A stretch of 64,000 nucleotides of DNA from a candidate division FCPU426 bacterium (lineage in GTDB: Bacteria; Oederibacteriota; Muellerivitia; Muellerivitales; Muellerivitaceae): contig CAVTWJ010000014.1 of assembly GCA_963738405.1 (NCBI GenBank), positions 160,001 through 224,000 on the forward strand. The letters are read 5' to 3'. Below, in pieces: positions 17,681 through 27,777 of the stretch. Made by a program: the position numbers and the translations under genes. Within the stretch, counting starts at the first letter, position 1, and the number at the start of each line of letters is the position of its first letter. The notes below the pieces were generated by a model, which saw only the letters and a list, made by a program, of their open reading frames with translations, was not told where the DNA came from and did no database searches.

Positions 17681-20191
17681 TTATTTCAGAATGAGCAATT
17701 TGCCAATTGTTTTGCCGGAGTTGGTGGTCACCACCACGTAATAAACCCCGTTGGCTAGGTAGTTCCATCCCCAGCCCGTCAAACTCACCGTTACCGCCGT
17801 CCCAGACGGAACGTTGTAGAAAGTCTCGTCTTTCACCTTGCGGAAATTCACCGTGAAGATTTCAACCCTCACATTCGAAATACCCAAGTAGGGCGGCGGG
17901 AGGACGTTGACCGTGGGTCCCGAGACCGGGTTGGGATAGATGCCTACTGTTCCCCTGACAACCGACGGCACGGGCGACACCGTGGGCGTATGGGAAGCCG
18001 TAGTGGTCGGGGTAAAGGTCCAAGTCGGAGTCCAGCTGGGTGTAGACGTGAAAGTGGATGTGTAGCTGGCTGTGGAGGTAAAGGTGTTCGTGGGCGTGAA
18101 AGTGCGGGTGGGGGTTGAAGTGGACGATGCCGTGGATGTGGCGGTGAAGGTCACGGTCGACGTATGGGTAGCGGTTGATGTCATTGAAGAGGTAGATGTA
18201 GCCGTGGGAGTGGATGTAAAGGGAGCCGTTGATGTGGAAGAAGCTGTGTTGGTAGAGGTGGCTGTGGAAGTGGCAGTCGAGGTGTGGGTCCAGGTAGCGG
18301 TAAATGAGGGTGTGGCGGTCGGAGTCCTGGTGGAAGTAGCTGTGGGAGTGCGAGTCGGAGTGGCCGTCCCGGTGGATGTCGGAGACAGGGTCACCGTCGG
18401 GCTATTCGTTACCGTATAGGTGAACACCGGTGTCAAAGTCGGGGTTCCCGTCGTGGTTGGACTAAGTGAGGGCGTGGAAGTTCCCGTGGAGGTTTCAGTC
18501 GGCGTGGGTGAAGGCGTGGCGGTACGGGTAAAAGTCGGAGTAGGGGTCGAGGTGTATGTGTTTGTAGGTGTGCTGGAGGGCACGGCCGTATGGGTGTCGG
18601 AAGGAGTCGCGGAAAGGGTCACGGTAGGACTGTTTGTAGCCGTGTAGGTGAATTGGGGTATCTGGGTGGGGGTGCTGGTAAAAACGCTCGTGGAAGTGGG
18701 TGTGGAAGTGCGAGTAGGGGTAGGCGTAAAGGAAGACGTGGGGCTATTGACGAGAGTTGGGGTGCCGGTTGAGGTATTTATCGGCGTGGAAGTCTTTGTG
18801 GCAGTCGAGGTGCCGGTATAACTCCAAGTAGCAGTAGTGGTGGCCGTGGAAGTACTGGTGGAGGTCCGGGTAGAAGTAGAGGTGGCGGTCGGTGTGGCCG
18901 TATTGACCACTGTATTGGTGGTAGTACTAGTCGGTGTGGAACTTCTTGTCGGGGTCGGCGTCGTAGTGGGCGCAAGGGTTGGGGTCTTCGTAACGGTCGA
19001 GGTAAAGGTATTGGAGGGCGTAGAAGTCTTCGTCGGAGTGGCAGTGGAAGCCGATGTTGCGGTGGGTGTAGGCGTGACCACGGTACAGGTCGTCACCACC
19101 GCGTTATCACGGACAAAGAGGTAATCGCGAACTTCACCGGCGGGAGCGAACCACATGCTCTTGTTGCCCGGCGTCCCGAAATTATTGTTCAGGTAGGTAA
19201 AAAGATCTTGGAGGGTCGCCTGGTTCGTGCTGTAGGTGTCGGCGGCGGCTCCGCTGCCCTGCGAAACGCTGTGGGTGTATTCGATAAGCCAGGTGGAACG
19301 GGTTTGACCCGCCGCGGAGGCAGCCAATGATTTCCAGGCCGTGTCATCGGTTCCGAACATCCCGCCCCTCTGGAACTGGAAAGGCAGGGGAGTCGTATCT
19401 ATATAATTGTAGGAACCTCCCCCGCACTCCGCGGAGAGGAGATAGGAAGGCGGATATCCGGCACAAGTGTTCGCCGAGGAATTCTCGTAGGGAAACACCA
19501 TTTGGGTGACGTTGTAGCCAGGAAAATACTTCAGCAAAAGCGGTTCGTTATTACTCAACTCGGGCCCGATGTCGGTAGCGGTACCGTTGCAGGTCAAGGG
19601 ATTGGGGTGGTCATAGGAATGATCCAACATGTCCCATCCCGCCGCCCTCATGGCCTGCAGGCAGGTCCAGTTCATAAAATAACTTCCGCTCCCGGACGCC
19701 CCACCCCCATTGGCCCAGGAACCCACCACCGCTTCCCCCGCCCTCCAGCCCATGGCATCCAAAAGGGGTTTGCCGTAATCGTATTGGGATAATCGATTGT
19801 CGTCGAATGTGAGGGAATAGGCCCAATGGTAATTGTTGTAAAGGGTCGCCTTCGTGACCGCGCCTGTACCGCCTGCCGTCCAATTCTGGGCGGTTACCAC
19901 AATGGAACTGCCGGTGGTGGTGAAGGTGGCTGTTCCGGCGGAGGAACTATAGGTGGCTGAAACCGCCGCTCCATCGGCCGTGACGGCTACGGAGGCGCAG
20001 GTTCCCACATTTACGATAAGCGTTATTTTTTTGTAATTAATAAGAGAAGGGACTTTTGAGTAATCGACATTCACGCAGTAGTTCTTGTCCGCGGCCATGG
20101 CCATCGAGGCCGCTCCAGCGAAAAAGGCGAGGAAGGAAAGCAAAGTAAATCGCAATAAAGGGTGTTTAGGATTTATGCGGGAGGGTTCCAT
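17681..20191 (-). CDS. Secreted polysaccharide deacetylase-like protein (CE4/NodB fold) + Thr/Pro stalk + T9SS-like CTD
   Basis: Signal peptide; YSLTFDD and GWDMLDHSYDHP metal-site motifs; about 370-aa T/P stalk; terminal IYPNP...LANGVYY...GKLLILK. Confidence 0.8.
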   Translation of the reverse strand: MEPSRINPKHPLLRFTLLSFLAFFAGAASMAMAADKNYCVNVDYSKVPSLINYKKITLIVNVGTCASVAVTADGAAVSATYSSSAGTATFTTTGSSIVVTAQNWTAGGTGAVTKATLYNNYHWAYSLTFDDNRLSQYDYGKPLLDAMGWRAGEAVVGSWANGGGASGSGSYFMNWTCLQAMRAAGWDMLDHSYDHPNPLTCNGTATDIGPELSNNEPLLLKYFPGYNVTQMVFPYENSSANTCAGYPPSYLLSAECGGGSYNYIDTTPLPFQFQRGGMFGTDDTAWKSLAASAAGQTRSTWLIEYTHSVSQGSGAAADTYSTNQATLQDLFTYLNNNFGTPGNKSMWFAPAGEVRDYLFVRDNAVVTTCTVVTPTPTATSASTATPTKTSTPSNTFTSTVTKTPTLAPTTTPTPTRSSTPTSTTTNTVVNTATPTATSTSTRTSTSTSTATTTATWSYTGTSTATKTSTPINTSTGTPTLVNSPTSSFTPTPTRTSTPTSTSVFTSTPTQIPQFTYTATNSPTVTLSATPSDTHTAVPSSTPTNTYTSTPTPTFTRTATPSPTPTETSTGTSTPSLSPTTTGTPTLTPVFTYTVTNSPTVTLSPTSTGTATPTRTPTATSTRTPTATPSFTATWTHTSTATSTATSTNTASSTSTAPFTSTPTATSTSSMTSTATHTSTVTFTATSTASSTSTPTRTFTPTNTFTSTASYTSTFTSTPSWTPTWTFTPTTTASHTPTVSPVPSVVRGTVGIYPNPVSGPTVNVLPPPYLGISNVRVEIFTVNFRKVKDETFYNVPSGTAVTVSLTGWGWNYLANGVYYVVVTTNSGKTIGKLLILK

Positions 20192-21545
20192 CGTCGTTTC
20201 CTAATTCCTTTTGCCCTTGTGAGGCACCCAGACTGTCCAGTTGGACAGCCCCAATTAGGTTGTTCATAAGGCCATCCCGGCCGTCAAGCCGGGATAAACA
20301 GGCCCGCCTTTTATCTGAGGATCAGCAATTTGCCAATTGTTTTGCCGGAGTTGGTGGTCACCATCACGTAATAAACCCCGTTCGCCAGGGTGTTCCATCC
20401 CCAGCCCGTCAAACTCACCGTCACCGCCGTCCCAGACGGAACGTTGTAGAAAGTCTCGTCCTTCACCTTGCGGAAATTCACCGTGAAGATTTCCACTCTT
20501 ACGTTGGAAAGGCCCAGGTAGGGCGGAGGCAAGATATTGACCGTGGGTCCCGATACCGGGTTAGGATAGATGCCTACTGTTCCCCTAACAACCGACGGCA
20601 CGGGCGACACCGTGGGTGTTTGGGAAGGGGTCGTCGTCGGGGTAAAGGTCCAAGTCGCTGTCCGGCTCGGGGTGAACGTAAAGGTGGGGGTGAAGCTGGG
20701 CGTTTCGGTAAAGGTATTAGTGGGCGTGAAAGTGCGGGTTGGGGTTGAAGTGGACGATGCCGTGGATGTGGCGGTGGAGGTCACGGTGGGCGTGTGAGTG
20801 GCGGTTGACGTCATGGAATAGGTGGGTGTAGCCGTGGGAGTACGAGTCGGAGTGGGCGTCCCGGTGGATGTCGGGGACAGGGTCACCGTAGGGCTATTCG
20901 TTACCGTATAGGTGAAAACCGGTGTCAAAGTCGGGGTTCCCGTCGTGGTTGGACTAAGTGAGGGCGTAGAAGTTCCTGTGGAGGTTTCAGTCGGCGTGGG
21001 TGAAGGCGTGGCGGTACGGGTAAAAGTCGGGGTGGAGGTTGGGGTTGAGGTGGAAGTGAGGGTATTGGAAGGCACCGCCGTATGGGTGTCGGTAGGAGTC
21101 GCGGAAAGGGTCACGGTGGGGCTGTTCGTAGCCGTGTAGGTGAACTGGGGCGTCTGGGTGGGAGTGCTGGTAAAGACGCTTGTAGAAGTGGGCGTAGAAG
21201 TGCGGGTGGAAGTAGGCGTACCGGTAGAAGTAGTCGTCCAGCTATTCGTCGGGGTAGAGGTTTGAGTCCTGGTATTGGTCGAAGTCCATGTGGAAGTTGG
21301 GGTAGGCGTAAAGGAGGACGTGGGGCTATTAACGGGAGTTGAGGTACTAGTGGGGGTGTTCATCGGGGTGGAAGTCTTTGTGGCAGTCGAGGTTCCGGTG
21401 GAACTCCATGTAGAAGTAGCGGTGGCCGTGGAAGTACTGGTGAAGGTCCGAGTTGAGGTTGAGGTGGCGGTAGGTGTTGCCGTATTGATCACCGTATTGG
21501 TGGAGGTACTAGTCGGTGTGGAACTCCTTGTCGGAGTCGGGGTTC
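17681..21545 (-). repeat. Direct repeat pair: 3' about 1.2 kb (stalk + CTD) of the CE4 gene (17681-~18960) and the GH30 gene (20311-~21545)
   Basis: Long near-identical DNA (e.g. GCAATTTGCCAATTGTTTTGCCGGAGTTGGTGGTCACCA) with mostly synonymous changes and indels. Confidence 0.9.
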
Positions 21546-23607
21546 CGGTAAAAGTGGCAGTAGGCGTGGGAGTTCCAGTGGAAGTTCGGGTCGGAGTCAA
21601 ACTAGGAGTGCTGGTTGGCGTGGATGTGGTTGTCGATGTAGAGGTGCGAGTCGGGGTAGGGGTCATCGTAGGCGTCCCGCCAGGACAATAGGCTCCCAAA
21701 ACCTCAACATTGTCGAGTTGAAGATTGTAGGTCCCCCCCGCAACGCTAGCCCATTGAAACACGGTAACTTGACTGGCTGAGAAAGTCTCAGGGGTTCCGA
21801 ACCCCCGCTGGGTGAGCTGGCTGAACAGGACTGTCACCGGCGTCCATGCTGCGGACGCGGTAAAACTCACGCCGAAATTATCCCCATCGGTCACCGCAGG
21901 TATCGCCATCTGGAACCAATAGGTCCCGCTTCCCTTGGCATAAAACACGATTCCGCCGGTATAGGGGCTCAAGTCCACTGTCCCGCCCAAGGGACAGGTA
22001 ATGCCCCCATAGTTACTGACCGAGCCCGAAGCGCTCAAGCTGTGAGCAGTTGATCCCGGCGCGCCGCCGGTTGGAATGGTAATGTTGATGGTCGTGTTCG
22101 CGTCGCCGTAGGTGACCCAGCTTCCTCCCCAGTTGTTAGCGGTGTTTCCGTCCTCAAAATCATCGATCATGCAAAAAGCGCCGGGGATGGGGGTTGGCGT
22201 GCGGGTAGGGGTAGATGTCGGAGGCAGGGTATTCGTGATCGTGGCTGTGGGCCCCACGGACCCAATGATCCCCACGAAAGTCGTGATGCTCTGGGCGGTC
22301 AAGGTGTAGGTGAAGCTGTTCCCCGTAACAGGGATAGCCGTTTGGCGGGTCAGGTTATTACTGGGGTCCGTCACCCACGGGGTCACGGAACTTACGGTGA
22401 TACCGTTGAAGGTGATGGGCTGGGACACGGTCAAGGTGTTGACGTTCATGGCGACGACAACAACCGTGGTCGGAGCTGAGGGATCGTTCTTGAAGGCCGA
22501 GACTGAGACACCCGCCGAGGGCACCTCGGTGGCGCCGATACGGTAATAGCCGGGCCGGACGAACCGGCTCCAGTTTCCCATGCACCAAAGCTTCTTGGTG
22601 GAGGCGTTGTCCGAACCGATAAGGGATTCGTTAGTGCTCCCGCTGGCGGGGTACAGCCACCAAGCGTGATAGGCGTTCATGCTGGCATCCACGATGCATT
22701 GGTGGAGCCATCCCGCCACCTGTAGCCCCGATTTCATCGTGGTGTCGTTGGCGGCCCCGCTCACATCCGACATCTCGGTCTCCCAGCTTTCCTGGTTGGT
22801 TAGGTGCGTAAACCCCGCCCCCGAAAGGCTATAGGGGGTCGCTCCGTTCAACCCATAGAGGTGGTTTCCGATGACGCCGACCATGGGGGCATTCGTGGCG
22901 TCGTCCATGGCAGTAGCCGCCAAAGCTTTGTTGTCGGCAAAACTCTCCGGAATCATGATTTTGGTGGTAAGCGATGCGCCTTTGAGGGCGGTATTCAGCG
23001 CTCCGACGAAAACATCAAACTGGCCCGCGGACCATTCATTGCTCTCGTAGGTGGGGTTCCAATCCGGCTCGTTCTGAGGTGAGACCGCCAGGATGCTTAC
23101 CCCGGTGCTTGAAATTTGTGTGTTGGCGTACTTGATGTAGTTCACCAAGTAACTGGCATAATCGGTGTCATTGCCGTTGGGGGCCCCGCTGGCCGCGCCC
23201 AGAAAGTCGTTGTTGGAACTGCCCCAGGTGGACCCAGAGACACGGTCATTAGCGGGCGGCGCCCATTCGGTGCACCAGACCTGTGTGACGCCCAAGCCGA
23301 TGGCCTGCTTCATGACCGCGGTTTCCCCCGGATCCGAGATACTCGTGGTGGTGTTGGTATAGGGAATGTGGCAGCGGAGCATAGACAACCCTATTCCGTT
23401 GGGGTTGTTGCCGGTCATACCGGTGGAATCCCAATACCAGGTCGCCAATTGGGTGGAATAGGCGCTCTCGTGCCAGGCACTGCAGGCACCGAAGCCCCTT
23501 ATGTATTGGTCAGTAGTGGTGGCGTCAATGGTGGCCGTTCCGGCCCAAAGGGAAAAGGCAGACGAAAAAAACAGAAAAAAAGTTAATAACGTTTCATTTC
23601 TTTTCAT
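20311..23607 (-). CDS. Secreted GH30 (xylanase-like) + CBM11-like domain + Thr/Pro stalk + T9SS-like CTD
   Basis: Start MKRNETL at 23607; WAPPA, QNEPD (acid/base), WETEMS (nucleophile), GNWSRFVRPGYYR; MIDDFEDG..WGGSW CBM11-like domain; CTD. Confidence 0.85.
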   Translation of the reverse strand: MKRNETLLTFFLFFSSAFSLWAGTATIDATTTDQYIRGFGACSAWHESAYSTQLATWYWDSTGMTGNNPNGIGLSMLRCHIPYTNTTTSISDPGETAVMKQAIGLGVTQVWCTEWAPPANDRVSGSTWGSSNNDFLGAASGAPNGNDTDYASYLVNYIKYANTQISSTGVSILAVSPQNEPDWNPTYESNEWSAGQFDVFVGALNTALKGASLTTKIMIPESFADNKALAATAMDDATNAPMVGVIGNHLYGLNGATPYSLSGAGFTHLTNQESWETEMSDVSGAANDTTMKSGLQVAGWLHQCIVDASMNAYHAWWLYPASGSTNESLIGSDNASTKKLWCMGNWSRFVRPGYYRIGATEVPSAGVSVSAFKNDPSAPTTVVVVAMNVNTLTVSQPITFNGITVSSVTPWVTDPSNNLTRQTAIPVTGNSFTYTLTAQSITTFVGIIGSVGPTATITNTLPPTSTPTRTPTPIPGAFCMIDDFEDGNTANNWGGSWVTYGDANTTINITIPTGGAPGSTAHSLSASGSVSNYGGITCPLGGTVDLSPYTGGIVFYAKGSGTYWFQMAIPAVTDGDNFGVSFTASAAWTPVTVLFSQLTQRGFGTPETFSASQVTVFQWASVAGGTYNLQLDNVEVLGAYCPGGTPTMTPTPTRTSTSTTTSTPTSTPSLTPTRTSTGTPTPTATFTGTPTPTRSSTPTSTSTNTVINTATPTATSTSTRTFTSTSTATATSTWSSTGTSTATKTSTPMNTPTSTSTPVNSPTSSFTPTPTSTWTSTNTRTQTSTPTNSWTTTSTGTPTSTRTSTPTSTSVFTSTPTQTPQFTYTATNSPTVTLSATPTDTHTAVPSNTLTSTSTPTSTPTFTRTATPSPTPTETSTGTSTPSLSPTTTGTPTLTPVFTYTVTNSPTVTLSPTSTGTPTPTRTPTATPTYSMTSTATHTPTVTSTATSTASSTSTPTRTFTPTNTFTETPSFTPTFTFTPSRTATWTFTPTTTPSQTPTVSPVPSVVRGTVGIYPNPVSGPTVNILPPPYLGLSNVRVEIFTVNFRKVKDETFYNVPSGTAVTVSLTGWGWNTLANGVYYVMVTTNSGKTIGKLLILR

Positions 23608-23700
23608 TACTTTATCTTCCCCTGAAGAACCGGAGGCATCCGGGCCTTTTTCCAAAGCTTTTCATGCGTGCCAAGGATTTCAAAACGATTTTACGATGGG

Positions 23701-23713
23701 TGAAAACGCTTCA
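23701..23713. promoter_or_regulatory. LacI-type operator-like site upstream of the GH30-CBM11 gene
   Basis: TGAAAACGCTTCA; the reverse strand shares TTTGAAGCGTTT with the site near 48804. Confidence 0.5.
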
Positions 23714-23970
23714 AATCATCACCTTCGCTTCAGTGGAAAGATACCGCCGGAAGGGGGGAGGCACAACAGCGGAGACAAATCAATAGGCTCAAAAAAATCA
23801 AACTTATAGACTTTTATTTCAAACAACACAATTTACCGAATTTTCTAAGTTTCTCGGTCAAACCTGCTTCACCTCCGTGAGATTGCCTCACCCCAACCAG
23901 GAAGCCCAATTCGCCAGCGGGACGTTTGCACCTCACAGAGGTTGAAACCAGGAACAACGTTTTCTTTGTT

Positions 23971-26900
23971 CTACTTCAAGATCAGCAGTTTACAAGTCGT
24001 CGTGGTGGACTGGCCCTGGGATTTCACCGTGCAGGTCACGATGTATAGCCCGTTGGCCAGGTAGTTCCCCACGTAGTTTTTCTCGTTCCAATAGACCGTG
24101 TGGTTGCCCGTGGAGTCGAACGAGGCTCCCGACACCGTGGTCGACCAGATCAACCGGCCATCGATGGTATAGGCCTTGAGGGTGATATCGGAGTTCGGGT
24201 CAATTCCCTCTTCGCCCGAGGAACCCACCGTCTTGGCGCTGGCATTGGAGCTTCCCGATCCGGTACCGGACAAATTAACCGCCAGGTTTACCCCGTTCCC
24301 CGTGGAGGGGTTCGGGTAGGCGATCACGCTGGCCGCCTTCAAGGCCGCAGACGATCCAGACGGCTCCTGGCCCCAAACTAAGGACCCGCCCTCATAGGCC
24401 GTGACATGGGTCCAAGGCGTGTAGCTGGTATAGGCCGCGTAGCTCCAGTCGTTGTCCTGGAGCATGTTGCTCCAGTCGCTCTTGTTGAAGCGGCTCTGGA
24501 TCTGGATAGCCTGCCCAGGCTGAAGTACCAGATTCCCGGTGAACTTGTAGCTGATGTAGTTGGTCTGGCCGCCCAGGCTGGTGGCTACGGTCGTATGCAA
24601 CACATCACTCGTCACCGAAGTCCCGGCAGGCATCAACCCCGCCCAATCCACCCAGCTTTGGACGCTCTGGTTGGTGCAGTCGCAGTTGAACCAGTAGCGA
24701 ACTTCAACATTATTCAGATTCAAAGCCCCGGACCCTGTGTTGACCACCTCAATGAAGGGGTGAGGGCTGTTGGTCGAATCGGTCGTGATCGACGACAACA
24801 GTTCCACGGTCAAGGCCGCCGCCCCGGAGGGAGTAGGCGTGAAGGTGAAGGTCGCCGTCGGAGGAACCGGCGTATTGGTAAAGGTGAATGTCGCCGTCGG
24901 CGGCACAGGTGTGTTGGTGTGGGTAAAGGTGAAGGTGGCCGTTGGGGGCACCGGCGTGTTGGTGTGCGTAAAGGTGAAGGTAAAGGTGGCCGTTGGCGGA
25001 ACCGACGTGAAGGTCGAAGTGGGTGGAATCGCCGTATTCGTCCTCGTCGCCGTCGGTGGAACCGCTGTGTTGGTGGCCGTCCCAGTAAACGTATAGGTAT
25101 TGGTTGGGGTTTGGGAGACCGTTGGACTAGGCGGAGCCGGAGTGTTGGTAGCGGTTGGAGGCAGCGGCGTGTTCGTGACCGTGGGGGGCACGGGACTATT
25201 CGTACTCGTGGCCGTGGGCGGAACAGGTGTGCTGGTGCTGGTAGATGTCGGAGGAGCCGCCGTGTTCGTAGCCGTGGGTGGTGCCGGAGTATTGGTAGCG
25301 GTCGCCGTAGGCGGAACGGCCGTATTGGTGGATGTGGGTGGCACCGAGGTGAAGGTCGAGGTCGCCGGGATTGCCGTATTCGTCGACGTCGGCGGCACGG
25401 CCGTGCTAGTCCTTGTGGCCGTGGGCGGAACAGCGGTCAAGGTCGCCGTCGGGGTGAAGGTAAAAGTGGAGGTTGGCGGTACGGGACTGTTGGTATTAGT
25501 CGCAGTCGGAGGAATAGCCGTATTCGTCCTCGTCACCGTGGGCGTAAAGGTAAAGCTCGCCGTCGAGGTACGCGTGGCCGTGGACGTTGCCGTCGGTGTC
25601 CCCGTGGCTGTCCAAGTCTTCGTGGGAGTGTTCGTAAAGGTCGGCGTGGCGGGTTGGGGGATGACCTGGATGGCTTCCACCATGGCGCTGGTATCGGTGC
25701 TGGTGGTTCCCGTGAAGGTGATGGTAATGACTCCGCCGGTGGGCGACACGTTATTGATCACCTTGTCGTCCTGGGTGTTGGCGCCCACCTGGGCGTAAAC
25801 GTCCAGGTTGGAAACAGCGGTCGAGCCGTTGACGGCCACGTTGAAAACCCTGTCCCCTGCGGCGAAGTCGCCCGAATAGGTCTCGGCGAATTTCAGGGTG
25901 ACCTGGTAGCTCCCGGCGGGCACGTTGAAGGAATAGCTGAAGCTGTTCCCGTAGCGCTGGGTGTCGTAAAGGGTGGAATCGGAGGTGCCGGTCACGGCCG
26001 CTCCCTCAGCCACGGTGGTTCCGCCGCTGAAGTTTTCATCCGCGGCCCAAACGTTGCTCGTGGTGTCCGTATAAGCCGGACCGCCGGCGTTGACCCGCCA
26101 GCTGGAGGACACAATCGGAGTCGGTGTCGAGGTGACGGTGGGGGTGTGGGTAAAGGTGGCCGTGGGCGGGACGGGGGTGTTGGTGGCCGTGGGGGCCGAC
26201 GGCGTGTTCGTCTTCGTCGGGGTGCTGGTCGACCCATTGGACTGGGTGAAACTGTACGACTCAAAATTAAAGAGTGTCCCGGATCCTCCGGTGAACACGA
26301 AATAAACATCATGCAGGCCGGTCGCGCCCGTGATCGCACAGGTGGCATTTTGCCAGGTCTGGGTTCCTCCCGTGTTGGGCACCGGGCATGTGCCGATAAG
26401 CGTGCCGGTCGTGCTGTCAAGGCGGATCTGGATCGAGCCCCCGCTGACGGTTCCCGCGACGCGGGCGCTGAAGGAGGAAGCGCCGGTCCCAAAACTCATG
26501 TTCCGAACCTGGGTCCAGGAGCCGTTAATAGTACCCGTAATATTCATCCCGCCTTCGGAGCAAACCCCAGTTTGGAGCCCCGATTCTTTGGCCATCATCA
26601 CGGCCCGAAGTGTGGAAAAGGGGTTTTGATTCTTCAAGGCCGCAACACCCGCGGTGGTTGGGGTCACGACCGCCAGGGTACCGTCCGAGTTCACGAAAAG
26701 ACGGTCCAGGTTCACGCTGCGCTGATAGACAGCGTTCCCACTGCAGGTCAGTCCGTTCAGAAGAGCCAGCTCTCGGTTGTGATAGGCGATGTAATAGTTG
26801 CTGCCGATATTGACGATCCCGGCATGGTTATTATTACCGCAGTTATTGGGAGGATTAAATAAAGCCGTCCCGCGATGGGTGAACCCGCTCATAGGGCTGC

Positions 26901-27624
26901 TACTGGTCATGTAATCGATGCTGGCCGCGGGCGAGGCCGAAAAATCCGTCGAGTAGGAAAAATAGTAGGTTCCGTTGATCTTGTTCATGAAGGGCGCCTC
27001 GAAATAACGAGGGGCGTCGATTGAGACCGCGGAACCGCTCACGCTGATCATGTCAGAGTTCAATTTGATGACCCGGGCATTTCCTGGGCCCCCACCCCCG
27101 AAATAAAGATAGGCCTGGCCGTCATCGTCGATGAAGGCGGCCGGATCGAAAACATAAGTGATATTGGTGCCCGGAGTGCTGTTGCTGACCAGCGAATGGC
27201 CCAAGGGATCGGTAAAAGGTCCGGTCGGGCTAGTGCTGCGGGCGACGCCAATGCTGCCGCCCCCGTTCCCGTAGTAAAGGTAATAGAACCCGTTGCGGAA
27301 GATTGTATCCGGGGCATAGGTCAGGCCGGCCCAGGAGGTGTTACTGGCGCTGAACGGTATCCCTTCGTCGGTCCAATTCACCAGATCGTCAGAGGACATG
27401 AGGTAGACATTTGTGATTGAATAACCCGTTTGGCCGGTGATGTCGTGGGAACAATAGATGTACATCCGGCTGCTGGCGGTGTCCCAAAAGGCGGTGGGGT
27501 CAGCGGTGTATTGCTGGTAAATGAGCGGGTTTGCGGAGGCGGGCGAGTTGAATAAAGCGAAACACAACAGGGTCAAAATTGGAAATCCAAAATATCGTTT
27601 CAAGCTGAACTGTTGCCCTTGCAT
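23971..27624 (-). CDS. Secreted GH43 + CBM6 + malectin + Pro/Thr stalk + CBM3 + T9SS-like CTD
   Basis: ADPTA, YCSHD, FDPAAFIDDDGQAYLYFGG, FEAP; CBM6 (FSARVA..IRLDSTTGTLIG..TGG.QTW..HDVYFVF); malectin RVNAGG/LKFAE; CBM3 VRYWF..DWA..NDWSY. Confidence 0.9.
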   Translation of the reverse strand: MQGQQFSLKRYFGFPILTLLCFALFNSPASANPLIYQQYTADPTAFWDTASSRMYIYCSHDITGQTGYSITNVYLMSSDDLVNWTDEGIPFSASNTSWAGLTYAPDTIFRNGFYYLYYGNGGGSIGVARSTSPTGPFTDPLGHSLVSNSTPGTNITYVFDPAAFIDDDGQAYLYFGGGGPGNARVIKLNSDMISVSGSAVSIDAPRYFEAPFMNKINGTYYFSYSTDFSASPAASIDYMTSSSPMSGFTHRGTALFNPPNNCGNNNHAGIVNIGSNYYIAYHNRELALLNGLTCSGNAVYQRSVNLDRLFVNSDGTLAVVTPTTAGVAALKNQNPFSTLRAVMMAKESGLQTGVCSEGGMNITGTINGSWTQVRNMSFGTGASSFSARVAGTVSGGSIQIRLDSTTGTLIGTCPVPNTGGTQTWQNATCAITGATGLHDVYFVFTGGSGTLFNFESYSFTQSNGSTSTPTKTNTPSAPTATNTPVPPTATFTHTPTVTSTPTPIVSSSWRVNAGGPAYTDTTSNVWAADENFSGGTTVAEGAAVTGTSDSTLYDTQRYGNSFSYSFNVPAGSYQVTLKFAETYSGDFAAGDRVFNVAVNGSTAVSNLDVYAQVGANTQDDKVINNVSPTGGVITITFTGTTSTDTSAMVEAIQVIPQPATPTFTNTPTKTWTATGTPTATSTATRTSTASFTFTPTVTRTNTAIPPTATNTNSPVPPTSTFTFTPTATLTAVPPTATRTSTAVPPTSTNTAIPATSTFTSVPPTSTNTAVPPTATATNTPAPPTATNTAAPPTSTSTSTPVPPTATSTNSPVPPTVTNTPLPPTATNTPAPPSPTVSQTPTNTYTFTGTATNTAVPPTATRTNTAIPPTSTFTSVPPTATFTFTFTHTNTPVPPTATFTFTHTNTPVPPTATFTFTNTPVPPTATFTFTPTPSGAAALTVELLSSITTDSTNSPHPFIEVVNTGSGALNLNNVEVRYWFNCDCTNQSVQSWVDWAGLMPAGTSVTSDVLHTTVATSLGGQTNYISYKFTGNLVLQPGQAIQIQSRFNKSDWSNMLQDNDWSYAAYTSYTPWTHVTAYEGGSLVWGQEPSGSSAALKAASVIAYPNPSTGNGVNLAVNLSGTGSGSSNASAKTVGSSGEEGIDPNSDITLKAYTIDGRLIWSTTVSGASFDSTGNHTVYWNEKNYVGNYLANGLYIVTCTVKSQGQSTTTTCKLLILK

Positions 27625-27675
27625 GGGTCCCCCCGAAATCAAATGTTGGGAATGCCCTCAGGCGCATTCCCAGGC

Positions 27676-27709
27676 GAAACCGCTTCCACCTTCAAGTGGA
27701 CCGGTTCAC
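27676..27709. promoter_or_regulatory. LacI-type operator-like sites just downstream of the ECF promoter
   Basis: GAAACCGCTTCC (27676) and near-palindrome GTGGACCGGTTCAC (27696-27709). Confidence 0.5.
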
Positions 27710-27711
27710 TA

Positions 27712-27742
27712 GATTTGTGTTTGGAGAAGTGGGTTTTATTCC
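27712..27742 (-). promoter_or_regulatory. Putative ECF promoter upstream of the GH43-CBM6-malectin-CBM3 gene
   Basis: Minus strand GGAATAAAACccacttctccAAACACaaATC; identical spacing to the other two copies. Confidence 0.72.
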
Positions 27743-27777
27743 AAAGGAGGAAAAAGGAGGGGAAAGACTTGTGTCGA

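Noticed and set aside
20233..20295. Two inverted repeats between the GH30 and CE4 genes as a terminator
   Set aside because: No U-tract follows on the coding strand; they may be stability hairpins, but no function can be supported.
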